From: a virus
Length of the DNA: 41,797 nucleotides
Virus record (IMG/VR): IMGVR_UViG_3300029437_000019
Location: 1-41,797 of that record
Direction: 5' to 3' (one strand)
Shown: in pieces, positions 28,607 to 37,225 of the stretch
Layout: every line of letters begins with the position of its first letter
Numbering within the stretch: the first letter of the stretch is position 1
Program-made: the position numbers and the translations under genes
The notes under the pieces: model-generated
What the model was told of the DNA's origin: nothing
What the model saw: only the letters and a program-made list of their open reading frames with translations
Database searches by the model: none

Positions 28607-30661
28607 TTAACCTCCTATCTGCTGCGGCATTGCCGCCTGCATCTTCATCATCAGCATCTGCTGCTGAAGCTGCTCCTCTCTGCGCTGCTCCATCAAGGAC
28701 TTGATCTTCCCCGCACCCGGGAAATGATCCTCCTCCATCTTTGTCCAGTAGAGGATCAGCGTGTCAACGCTTCTCGGGTCTCCGAAAGCGCCGGACTGCA
28801 GGTGCGCCGTGGTCTCCTGCCACATCGCCTCGCGGTTCGTGGCAAGGCCGGACGCATCGTCGCAGGAGAACAGGAATTGGTCGTTCCAGTAAAGCTCCCC
28901 GGCGTCGTCCATTCTCAAAAATGCGTAGGAATTCCATTCCTCGTATTCCTGATTCCCCTGATCGTCCCGGTATCTGAGCGGCCGCTTCTCTTCGCAGTAT
29001 GCCAGTTGGTTTTTGAACATCCGCTCAAAGATTCGCGCATACGCCGCTTTCTTCAGCACGCGCTTACTCTCCAAGCGTCCCGCCGACTGTGCCGCCGCAA
29101 ATTCCTTTGCCTTGCCGGACTGCGCCGTCGGGTCTGTCCGTCCCTGATAGCTGTCCGTCATGCCGATCAAGCGTCTGGATTCCTCGTAGGCCTGCGTCAG
29201 CATCGCCATGTTCGGGGTGATGTCCGCCTGAAAGTCTCTCACCGCGATCAGGCTTGCATCCGCCGCATTGCCCACATACCAGATGCCGTTATCCTGCGGG
29301 TCAACTCTCAGGTGCGTCGAATCCGGCAGTGTGATCTTGCTGCCCGCCTTCATCAGCCGGTCTATGGTTTTCTGCTCCAAGCGGTTGATGGTGTTCTGCT
29401 GGTCTGCGATCTTGTCGCAGTCCGATTCACCTAAGAATTTTCCGTGCGCCGTCACGTTCCTGCGCAGCACCGCTGGGAAAATGTCCGGCTTGTAGTACGG
29501 GATTTCAATTTCTTCTTCGTATCTTTCCGCTTCCGGCGCCGGCGCTTCCTCCGCCGGCGCGATCTCCTGCATGGGAACCTCCTGCGCGCCGAGGCTCCCC
29601 ATCGGTGCCTGCATTGCGTCCATAGCAGCCGGTTCCGTTATCTGTTCTTCCGGCCGGTAGAAGATTTTCCCGAATCCGTGCTCTGCTCTCAGCCGCTGCG
29701 TGATTGCCGGGTTTACGCCAAGCTCGTCCAGCTCGTCCAGCCTCACCCTGCGCGATGTCTCCACCACGTCCTCCCAGCTGTTTGCCCCGCAGAAGGAGCA
29801 CACGCCCTTTCTCGGCTTTCTTTTTTCCGCGTCCTCCGGGTAGCTCCCGTCCTGCGTCGGCTCGCTCAGGTCTATGTACGCGCTGTCCACCTCCGTCTGC
29901 CCGCACTTTTTGCAGCGCCGCAGGATGCGCGCCTGGCAGTCTGGCAGGTTCTCCACCTCCAGGTTCCCCACCCACGCAAAGCGGCCCACACCGCCGTCCT
30001 CGTTCCGGTACTCCGCGATCTTCAGCGTTACCACATCCTCCGCGGTGCTCTCCTCCTCGCTTCTGACCTCCGGCATCTCCTCCTGCATATCGCCCACGTC
30101 CACGCCGTAGCGTCTGCGCACATAGCCCTTCGTTACCGGAATCAGCCAGAAGTAATATTCCATCTCGTCAATTTCCTGCACGCCGTTCTGCGGCACAAAC
30201 TGCATCGGGTGGACGCATTTCAGCGTGTTCTCGCCCACGGTCGTGTGCGTCCGCTTGCTCGTGTCCCACTCCGGCAGATACAGGCAGCCGCCCTGCTTGT
30301 AGGTGATGCGCTCGGATTCGTCGTTCAGCTCCTCCGTCGGCAGCCGGTCCAGCTCGTTTCGCAGCATGTTTTCTATCATCCGCGCCAGATGCTCGTCCTC
30401 GCGGCGCATCGGCGTGACCTTCGGCATCGGGATGGAGCTGTCGATCTCCGATTCGATGTTTTCTGCCGTGATGTTCCAGACGTGGCTTGTCTCCTTCTGG
30501 TATCCGTACTTCCTGTCGTTCTCCGTCAGCGGGGTCAGCTTGCGCTCCCCTCTGTACTGCGCCTCTCTGCGCTGCATCTTTTCCTGCTCTGCGGCGTAGG
30601 CGGAAAGATTCTTTTCCAGCCGCTCCTGCCACAGGCTCACGGTTTCCTTTTTCTGTTTCAT
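28607..30661 (-). CDS. Portal protein with an inserted Zn-ribbon
   Basis: 684 aa, immediately after terL. GAGGAGGG RBS. CKKCGQ...CSFCG insertion at aa 250-291. Confidence 0.7.
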   Translation of the reverse strand: MKQKKETVSLWQERLEKNLSAYAAEQEKMQRREAQYRGERKLTPLTENDRKYGYQKETSHVWNITAENIESEIDSSIPMPKVTPMRREDEHLARMIENMLRNELDRLPTEELNDESERITYKQGGCLYLPEWDTSKRTHTTVGENTLKCVHPMQFVPQNGVQEIDEMEYYFWLIPVTKGYVRRRYGVDVGDMQEEMPEVRSEEESTAEDVVTLKIAEYRNEDGGVGRFAWVGNLEVENLPDCQARILRRCKKCGQTEVDSAYIDLSEPTQDGSYPEDAEKRKPRKGVCSFCGANSWEDVVETSRRVRLDELDELGVNPAITQRLRAEHGFGKIFYRPEEQITEPAAMDAMQAPMGSLGAQEVPMQEIAPAEEAPAPEAERYEEEIEIPYYKPDIFPAVLRRNVTAHGKFLGESDCDKIADQQNTINRLEQKTIDRLMKAGSKITLPDSTHLRVDPQDNGIWYVGNAADASLIAVRDFQADITPNMAMLTQAYEESRRLIGMTDSYQGRTDPTAQSGKAKEFAAAQSAGRLESKRVLKKAAYARIFERMFKNQLAYCEEKRPLRYRDDQGNQEYEEWNSYAFLRMDDAGELYWNDQFLFSCDDASGLATNREAMWQETTAHLQSGAFGDPRSVDTLILYWTKMEEDHFPGAGKIKSLMEQRREEQLQQQMLMMKMQAAMPQQIGG

Positions 30662-30677
30662 GCTGCCCTCCTCAAAT

Positions 30678-32186
30678 TCAGAACGGATTGCCCCAGAGCT
30701 TCAGCAGCTCTGCCTTCTCCGCCTCGCTTGCGTTGTCGTAGTCCTCCCACTGGTCGGCGTGCCATTTCACTCGCTCGCCCCGCGGCTTTTCTATTCTTGT
30801 CTCCTGCTGATCCCGGATGTAGTAGGTGATCGCCAGCGCCATCACGCAGTCGTCGTGTGCGCCCTCTATCGCCTCCGGCCGCCCCTTGCTGTTTCTCGCA
30901 AAGGTCAGCATCTCCTGTATCGTGTCCTCGTCGTCCACCAGCTCCGGGTGCTCTCTCATGATTCCCACCAGCCCCGCAATGATTGTCGGCCTTGTCAGCC
31001 GGTCTGTGCGGAAGCCGTAGGACATCCGCACCTTCTTCGTCACGCTGTCCTCCACCTCTCGCAGGTATAGCTTCGGGTATCTCAGCCTTTGCAGCTCCTT
31101 TACCGGGTGCGTCGAGAAGTTCACCTCCACGCCGATGAGCGCCGTGTTGTAGTACATTCCCAGGCAGTAGAGCTGCCTTGCAAACAGATCCTCGTCCGTC
31201 CTTGTCCGGTACTTTGCCACAAGCCGCCCCGTCGCGTTGTCTATCACGTCCGCCACAAACCAGTCGGACCCCTCTCCTGCCGTGTCCGCGCCGATCACAT
31301 AAGGGTGTCCCTGCTCCGGCTGCCTGTATATCACCGTCTCGCCCGCTGCGCCCTCTCGGAATTCCCATCCCGTTACGGCAATCTCGTTGTACGTGTAGTC
31401 AAACTCTCCGCGCGCCTCCGGTTCCGGCAGGCTTTGCAGCTTGCGCATCAGCGTCTCCCGGTCAAATATCGTCTGCGACAGCACGCCCCACTGCCCCAGG
31501 CAGTACACCTGATAGTAGTACGGGTCTGTCTCCTTCATCGCCTCCAGCGTCAGCCGGTCCTCCTCCGGCAGAAACCGGTTGTCCCAGTAGACGCTCCTGT
31601 GCGTCCTCACTCTCTCGTCCTGCCGGTCGAAGAAGCGCTTTTTCAGCCAGTGTGTGATGCTGATGGGGTTAAAGGTCAGGATGATCTGCTTGTAGTATCT
31701 CGTATTGCCGCGGAGGCGGATGTCCAGCTGGTCAAAGTCCCGCTCCTCGATCTCCGACGCCTCCTCTATCCAGATCCCCGTGATATCGTGGATGGATTTC
31801 AGCTTTTCCACGTCGTCCAGCCCCGCGAAGATGATTTCAGAGCCGTTTTTGAATTGCAGGTACATGTCCGAGCCTTTTCCTTTCGGGATTCTTGCAATCT
31901 CCTCCGGGCAGAGCGCCTGCGCCTGTGTCTTTAGTTGGTCAAAGCAGCTCTCCCGCAAGGTTCTGGCTACCTTTCGCACCACCAAAAACCTGTGTTTTTT
32001 CTCCGAGATGCAGCGGTCTATGATCTTTTGTCCTGCAAATATGCTCTTCCCGGAGCCGCCGCCTCCCATCAACACCAGATGCCGGTGCTGGTCGAAAAAC
32101 AGCGGCAGGAACTTCTCGTTGCTGATCTCCTTTAGCCTCTTAAACCACAGCGCCGCCTGCACCGCCTCGTCCAATCCGCGCTTCAT
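30678..32186 (-). CDS. terL: Terminase large subunit
   Basis: Walker A LMGGGGSGKS. Also ..GIWIEEASE.. and a C-terminal nuclease-like region. AGGAGG lies 5 nt before the ATG. Confidence 0.9.
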   Translation of the reverse strand: MKRGLDEAVQAALWFKRLKEISNEKFLPLFFDQHRHLVLMGGGGSGKSIFAGQKIIDRCISEKKHRFLVVRKVARTLRESCFDQLKTQAQALCPEEIARIPKGKGSDMYLQFKNGSEIIFAGLDDVEKLKSIHDITGIWIEEASEIEERDFDQLDIRLRGNTRYYKQIILTFNPISITHWLKKRFFDRQDERVRTHRSVYWDNRFLPEEDRLTLEAMKETDPYYYQVYCLGQWGVLSQTIFDRETLMRKLQSLPEPEARGEFDYTYNEIAVTGWEFREGAAGETVIYRQPEQGHPYVIGADTAGEGSDWFVADVIDNATGRLVAKYRTRTDEDLFARQLYCLGMYYNTALIGVEVNFSTHPVKELQRLRYPKLYLREVEDSVTKKVRMSYGFRTDRLTRPTIIAGLVGIMREHPELVDDEDTIQEMLTFARNSKGRPEAIEGAHDDCVMALAITYYIRDQQETRIEKPRGERVKWHADQWEDYDNASEAEKAELLKLWGNPF

Positions 32187-32195
32187 CGTTTCCTC

Positions 32196-34055
32196 CTAGT
32201 GGATCTCGCTCCCCTCGTACTGCTCCCGCGCCATCGCGTACAGCCGCCACATCCCGGTTCCCTCTATGCGGATGCGGTAGTAGTCGCACCGCCTCGGCAG
32301 GATCGGTATCTGCACGCTGCGCTTGATCCCCTGCGTCAGCGTCCAAAGGGTCTCCCACTGCCCGCCGTCGTATTTGATCTTGATCGTCGCGGTCGCGCCC
32401 GTCTCCAGCCCCATGCGCAGCTGCAGCTTGCTCATTGCCTTGCGGTTCAGGCTCCCTGCGGTGAAATCGCCGAATTCCGCGAAGCTCTCCACGCTTCCCG
32501 CTTCCTCCGTCGGTGCGATTCCTTCTATTTTTCCGTTTCCGATCAGGTCGATGATCGCCCGGTTTTCGTACTGCTCCGGCACGATGCTGTGCTCCAGCAG
32601 CGCGTAGATCGTCCCCTGGTCATAGGTCATTCCGATCACGCCCGGATCGTCCTCTTTCATCCATAGTCCGTGCTTGCTGTCGTATCGGTAGATTGCCTTT
32701 TCCCCGTCCACCGTCAGCCGCGCATAGTATCGCACGCCGTCCGAGCAGGCCAGAGCGTCCTTGATCTCCCCGTTTCCGAATACGCTGTCCTGCGCCCGCG
32801 GGTACTCGTCCGCGTAGATCATCATCCCGTCGCAGGATAGATACAGCAGCATTCCTCCCGCTGCGGCAATGCTGTTCTGCTCGCCTTTTTTTACGCCCGG
32901 CATCGCGATCTCCGAGGTCTGGAACGCATTCGCCGTCGCGCCGTAGATGCGTATCATCGAATCCTCCCGGAAGAAGGTCGGATATCCGCCGAAGCTCACG
33001 CCTCCCGTGATTTCTCCCTTCCTCTGCGTCTCCAGCGCCCATGCGTCCGTGCTCAGCCCCTCAAACACATTCCAGTTTTTCGGGTCTCCCAGCTTGCTTG
33101 CGTAGATCGTTTTGCCCTTCCATCCCCACAGCCTGTTGTCGTGCTCAAAGATCCCGTCCAGGTCCGGCATCGTGCGCTTGAGCGTCACCGTCCCGGAGAT
33201 CGTCACCGAGGTCACGGGGTTTCCGTCCGTCCCCAGCGGCATCTTGAAGCAGTTGTCCGAGAATACGATTTTCTTTTCGCTGATTTCCCGGATGATCGCC
33301 GTCTTTGCGTTTCCCGGCGCTTCTGCCAGCTCCGGGATCTCTATCCCGTCGCCCACCTTGAATATTCCCTCCACCGTTGTCGGGTTGGTAAAAGTCATGG
33401 TGTTTGCCGTCGCCTTTTCTCCGTAGAGCGTCCCGTCCGTCAGCTTCACGCCGGTCATCGTGATGGATGCTTCGATTCTTTCGGCCAGTGCGCAGTAGTA
33501 TTCCCATTCGCTCCCGCTCCACCGGTACACGGTACCGATCGGCGTGCTGTTCTGGAATCCTCTTCCCAATACGACGTATAGTTTCCCATTGTCTGCTTCC
33601 GTCAGCGTCGGAAGCTCTGATTTCACGACCACCGACCCTTCTATGCTCAGGCCGGTCTGGATGAGCCACTTTTCCGGCAGCAGCAGCACCCGGTCGCCGA
33701 ATCTTATAAATTTCCAGTCTTTCTTCTCCGTTCCAAGCCCTGTGGAGATCTTCCATGTGCTTGACCTCAGGTGATATGCATTCTGAAAATCATTCAGAAA
33801 GTGTACGTCCCACATATTCCCGTTGTCTGCGTAGATTGCCTGCTTTGTCCGCGCGTGCGTCCCACCCCTGTCTCCTGCATCCGCAATCCACCGCTTTTCC
33901 CTCGGCTGCAGGATCGGGTACTCCTTGCAGGTCAGGTTTTTCATATCGTAAAGCTCTCCGTCCGAGCAGGAAAGGCTGTGACGCAGACCGCCAAAGGCCA
34001 CCTGCGCCGTTTTTTTGATCCTATCCTCGTATCTCATGCTCGGCAGTTTGCTCAT
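32196..34055 (-). CDS. Large structural protein (619 aa), possibly a beta-propeller-like tail/adaptor component
   Basis: GGAGGGG lies 6 nt before the ATG. ATGA coupling to the upstream gene. It sits between capsid and terL. The function is inferred from context only. Confidence 0.6.
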   Translation of the reverse strand: MSKLPSMRYEDRIKKTAQVAFGGLRHSLSCSDGELYDMKNLTCKEYPILQPREKRWIADAGDRGGTHARTKQAIYADNGNMWDVHFLNDFQNAYHLRSSTWKISTGLGTEKKDWKFIRFGDRVLLLPEKWLIQTGLSIEGSVVVKSELPTLTEADNGKLYVVLGRGFQNSTPIGTVYRWSGSEWEYYCALAERIEASITMTGVKLTDGTLYGEKATANTMTFTNPTTVEGIFKVGDGIEIPELAEAPGNAKTAIIREISEKKIVFSDNCFKMPLGTDGNPVTSVTISGTVTLKRTMPDLDGIFEHDNRLWGWKGKTIYASKLGDPKNWNVFEGLSTDAWALETQRKGEITGGVSFGGYPTFFREDSMIRIYGATANAFQTSEIAMPGVKKGEQNSIAAAGGMLLYLSCDGMMIYADEYPRAQDSVFGNGEIKDALACSDGVRYYARLTVDGEKAIYRYDSKHGLWMKEDDPGVIGMTYDQGTIYALLEHSIVPEQYENRAIIDLIGNGKIEGIAPTEEAGSVESFAEFGDFTAGSLNRKAMSKLQLRMGLETGATATIKIKYDGGQWETLWTLTQGIKRSVQIPILPRRCDYYRIRIEGTGMWRLYAMAREQYEGSEIH

Positions 34056-34237
34056 TTCTTCCCCTCCAAATTTTGCAGGCGCTTCTCCGCCTGCTCGTCT
34101 CTCCTGTCCAGCTCTCCCAGAAGATACTCCAGCGCCCGTAAAAGCTGCTTGTTAAAGCTCTGCTGCGCTTCCAGATCCTTCTTTGTGTCGCCGGTCAGCT
34201 CCGGCGCTCTTACCAGTACGTTGATGTTTTGCAGCAC
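34052..34237 (-). CDS. Small coiled-coil protein (61 aa)
   Basis: GTG at 34237 sits 6 nt after AGGAGG, inside ORF 34052-34333, whose 5' part overlaps the capsid gene. Confidence 0.5.
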   Translation of the reverse strand: MLQNINVLVRAPELTGDTKKDLEAQQSFNKQLLRALEYLLGELDRRDEQAEKRLQNLEGKK

Positions 34238-34295
34238 TTTCTTCCTCCTATGCCGTTTCCGGCGGGACGTGTTGCGCGCCCCGCCGGAGGATGTA

Positions 34296-35306
34296 TCAAA
34301 GGGTATTGCCAAACGACAGGCCGCCTGCCGCAAATGCGCGGAAGTCCACGAAGCCGCCCGTGAATCTTGCGCGGCCCTTCCAGACGTTCGCGTCGTTGTG
34401 CGCGATCTCGCTCTTGACGGTCAGATCCTTGCGCATGATGTCCACCGCGCCGAAATAGCGCTTGTTGTAGCCGGAGTCCATCAGGATCCACGGCACGGTG
34501 GTGCCGCCGGTGCAATACTGGTTCAGCTCGTTCCAGATCAGCACGTTCCACGCGCCGAAGAGGTAGTTGAACTTATTGCTTGCTGCCGTGCCGGGGTCGT
34601 TGTGCGCGCCCAGCACGCCGAACACCTCCGCCTTGATTTCGGCGTCGTTGGGGATGATGATGGTGTCCGGGTTCATCGTCAGCATGTTGCCGTCGTCGTC
34701 CGTCAGGTTCTGCATGGCGGTCGCCAGCTTGCCCAGCGCCGCCGCGGAGAATGCGTCCTTAAAGGCGTTGCACTGGGTTGTGCTCTTTTTCTGCGGCTTG
34801 TGATCCGCTGCAAAGAGCTTCTTGCCGTCGGAGCAGGTGGTCTTAAACTCCACGTTTTTTGCCTTGTAGGCCGCCTGATTCTTGATTGCCGAGCCGAGCA
34901 GTCCCGCGAAGAACGCGCTGCGCTTGCGGTGGTAATCGTCCAGGAATCCCTGCGGCTGCCCCACAAGCACGGAGTCCATCTTGTCCTCCATCATCTCCTC
35001 GGAGATGGCGAAGCTGCCCTTCCACGTCACCGCCACAAAGCTCTGCTCGTCGCTCATGTCCACGCCGCCCGTCGGATATGCGCCGTTTTCTCCCACCGGC
35101 GCGAAGGTATCCACCGCGCCGATGCCGGTAAATGCCTCGGAGTGGTGCGTGCTGCGTACCTGCTTAAAAATCTTGGCCGCAATGTTGCTCTCGTCGTGCA
35201 TCCATGCCTCGTCGCGGCGCTCGATAAACGCCGCGATCGGGGACTGAATCTCGCCAAAGAGCGAGTTGGCCATATTGCTGGATTCACTCAGAATGATCTG
35301 TGCCAT
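34296..35306 (-). CDS. Major capsid protein (HK97-fold type)
   Basis: 336 aa. It follows scaffold-like and decoration-like genes. Size and sequence character are typical of capsid proteins. Confidence 0.7.
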   Translation of the reverse strand: MAQIILSESSNMANSLFGEIQSPIAAFIERRDEAWMHDESNIAAKIFKQVRSTHHSEAFTGIGAVDTFAPVGENGAYPTGGVDMSDEQSFVAVTWKGSFAISEEMMEDKMDSVLVGQPQGFLDDYHRKRSAFFAGLLGSAIKNQAAYKAKNVEFKTTCSDGKKLFAADHKPQKKSTTQCNAFKDAFSAAALGKLATAMQNLTDDDGNMLTMNPDTIIIPNDAEIKAEVFGVLGAHNDPGTAASNKFNYLFGAWNVLIWNELNQYCTGGTTVPWILMDSGYNKRYFGAVDIMRKDLTVKSEIAHNDANVWKGRARFTGGFVDFRAFAAGGLSFGNTL

Positions 35307-35336
35307 ATGTTACATCTCTCCTTTCGTTCCGGCGGT

Positions 35337-35753
35337 TTAGCCGCCGCCTGTGGTCTTGGGAATGCGCGGGAAGCGCACGAGCATCTTGCCGCCCGCCGCC
35401 GTGTCCAGTGCCTCCACCACTTCCACGGCGGTTCCCGCCGTCGCTGTGATCTTGGTGCCTGTCGTGTCGATGGTCAGCCGGCTGCCCGCTGCTGCGGAGG
35501 CATTTGCTACGGAGTTTTCCGTCTCAAACACCGTCTCCTCGTCCACCTTGATTGCCGGGATCACGTCGCCGGATGCGACCGTCCCCCCGTACATGCCGAT
35601 GTACTCCGGCCGGTTATCGCCGCTGCACTTTGTCAGTTTCCCGGCGGAAAGCACCAGCGCCTGTCCCGGCCGGATCTCGCCCAGCGCTGCTGCCTGCTTG
35701 TATTCCCACGGCGTCGGCTGCCCGTCGGCGTAGGTATAAGGGATAAATGCCAT
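35337..35753 (-). CDS. Head decoration / DUF2190-like protein
   Basis: 138 aa, directly upstream of the capsid gene. GAGGAGAG lies 5 nt before the ATG. Confidence 0.45.
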   Translation of the reverse strand: MAFIPYTYADGQPTPWEYKQAAALGEIRPGQALVLSAGKLTKCSGDNRPEYIGMYGGTVASGDVIPAIKVDEETVFETENSVANASAAAGSRLTIDTTGTKITATAGTAVEVVEALDTAAGGKMLVRFPRIPKTTGGG

Positions 35754-35763
35754 TTTTCTCTCC

Positions 35764-36678
35764 TCACTTTCTGTTTTTCCGATAATCCTTCGCGATCTCC
35801 TCGTCCGTGATTCCCGGATTAAATACGCGGTACATCTCCTTCACTTGCTGCGGCACCACAAAGGCCTCGCTCTGGCTGGTCGGTGTACCCTTGATGTGCG
35901 CCTGCGACATTGCAGCGTTTCGCGCCCGCTGCTCTCCCGCTGCGCGGGTTTTCTGCATGATCGCGTCAAAGTTTGCGGTCTTGTACGCCTGTACAAAGCT
36001 GCATCCCTTGCGCACGAGGTCGGCAAAGTCCCCGCCCGTCGGCATCCGGATGATGTCGTCCAGCGTCTTGATCTCCGGGTTCAGTTTCCGGATCTCCGCC
36101 AGCTCCATCTCTCTTCTCGCCGTGAAGTCCTGCACCTCGGCGGTTTCCTTTGTCTCCTTCGCGTCCTTCAGGAGGGCCTGCATCTCCGGAGAGGCCATCA
36201 CCACGCTTTGTAGCACCTCCGGGCTGAGCTTTCCGTTTTTCAGGTCCTGCTCCGCCTTGGCCTGCATCTTCGCCTGCTGGTACGCCGCGAATTCCTCCAT
36301 CGTCGTGACCGGCTGCCCCGTTTTCGGGTCCTTCAGCCCCATCTGGCGGAGGATCTCGGCGGCAGCGTCCTGCCGTCCCTTCTGCTCTGCCTCCAGCTTC
36401 TCCCGGCTTCTCCGCTGCGCCGCGTTTTTGCGGCGCGTTTCCGCGTCCTGCCCGTCCTTTTCAGGCTCCTGCGCATTCTTCTGCGCTTCGCCCGGATTCC
36501 CTTCGCCCGCTTCTGCCGGTTCGGCGGCCTCCGGCTCTTTTCCGCCCTCGTCCTGCTCCGCTTCTGCGGTTTCGGATGCTTCTGCTGGCTGAGCTGCCGG
36601 TTCGGCGGCTTCCGGCTCTTTTCCGCCTGCTTCCGGCGCGGGTACGCCGAAAAGCTCGTAATAATTGGTTTCTCCCAT
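35764..36678 (-). CDS. Scaffolding-like protein (acidic repeat N-terminus, helical body)
   Basis: 304 aa. GGAGGA lies 5 nt before the ATG. Contains a duplicated GGKEPEAAEPA. Positioned before the decoration and capsid genes. Confidence 0.5.
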   Translation of the reverse strand: MGETNYYELFGVPAPEAGGKEPEAAEPAAQPAEASETAEAEQDEGGKEPEAAEPAEAGEGNPGEAQKNAQEPEKDGQDAETRRKNAAQRRSREKLEAEQKGRQDAAAEILRQMGLKDPKTGQPVTTMEEFAAYQQAKMQAKAEQDLKNGKLSPEVLQSVVMASPEMQALLKDAKETKETAEVQDFTARREMELAEIRKLNPEIKTLDDIIRMPTGGDFADLVRKGCSFVQAYKTANFDAIMQKTRAAGEQRARNAAMSQAHIKGTPTSQSEAFVVPQQVKEMYRVFNPGITDEEIAKDYRKNRK

Positions 36679-36696
36679 GTTATCCTCCAGATTTTT

Positions 36697-36834
36697 TTAC
36701 TTTTTCCCGCCTGCCGTGCTCCGCAGGTCGTTTCCGGTGTGCACCTTGCCGCTGTCCTTGTTCTCGTGCTGATACGGTGCCTTTACAACCTGGCTGCCGG
36801 TGTTTCTCACCTTGCCCTCGTATGCCTTTTCCAC
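36697..36834 (-). CDS. Unannotated small ORF (45 aa, V/MEKAYEGKVRNTGSQVVKAPYQHENKDSGKVHTGNDLRSTAGGKK)
   Basis: GTG at 36834 sits 7 nt after AAGGAGGTG. First ORF after the candidate late promoter. Confidence 0.4.
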   Translation of the reverse strand: MEKAYEGKVRNTGSQVVKAPYQHENKDSGKVHTGNDLRSTAGGKK

Positions 36835-36867
36835 TGTCACTCACCTCCTTGCACCTTCTTTTTCTTC

Positions 36868-36901
36868 ATTTTCCCGCATCAGCTCCCCCAGTTACTTCCA
36901 A
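36868..36901 (-). promoter_or_regulatory. Candidate late promoter, copy 1 (TTGGAAGTAACTG-N15-GAAAAT)
   Basis: On the - strand, the 13-mer at 36889-36901 is identical to 41647-41659. The -10-like GAAAAT lies at 36868-36873. Confidence 0.5.
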
Positions 36902-36941
36902 CATTCAGGCTTGACCGCCTGAATGTTTGGCGAATTGCATT

Positions 36942-36972
36942 AAAAAATCCCGGCAGGGTCTCCCCCGCCGGG
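36942..36972 (-). terminator. Rho-independent terminator after the regulator gene
   Basis: On the - strand: CCCGGC, 12-nt loop, GCCGGG (36949-36972), followed by ATTTTTT (revcomp of 36942-36948). Confidence 0.6.
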
Positions 36973-36976
36973 TCTG

Positions 36977-37225
36977 TCAGTTTTTCATGTGTCTTTCTGC
37001 TATCTGCATTTTCTCTACGATCTTCGGCAGCCGCCGCTTGATCGTCGCCTGTGCAAGATAAACTTCCGCCGCCACATCCGCCTGCGGCAGCTTGTCGATG
37101 TAGTAGAGCTTTGCAATTCGCTCGTTCTCGGCTCCTACATTGGCCTGCTCAATTACCCGCTCCATCTCGCCCCTTGTCAGCCCTTGCAGCGCGGGCGGCA
37201 GGCTGATGCGGGCCATCGGTGCCAT
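36977..37225 (-). CDS. Sigma-70 region-4-like / small HTH transcription regulator
   Basis: 82 aa. Sequence reads ..ERIAKLYYIDKLPQADVAAEVYLAQATIKRRLPKIVEKM.. The start overlaps the endolysin stop (TAATG). Confidence 0.55.
   Translation of the reverse strand: MAPMARISLPPALQGLTRGEMERVIEQANVGAENERIAKLYYIDKLPQADVAAEVYLAQATIKRRLPKIVEKMQIAERHMKN

Noticed and set aside
33771-35810. 679-aa + strand ORF spanning several capsid-region genes.
   Set aside because: It is antisense to four separate, RBS-preceded, translationally coupled - strand genes. Its composition is that of a shadow ORF.
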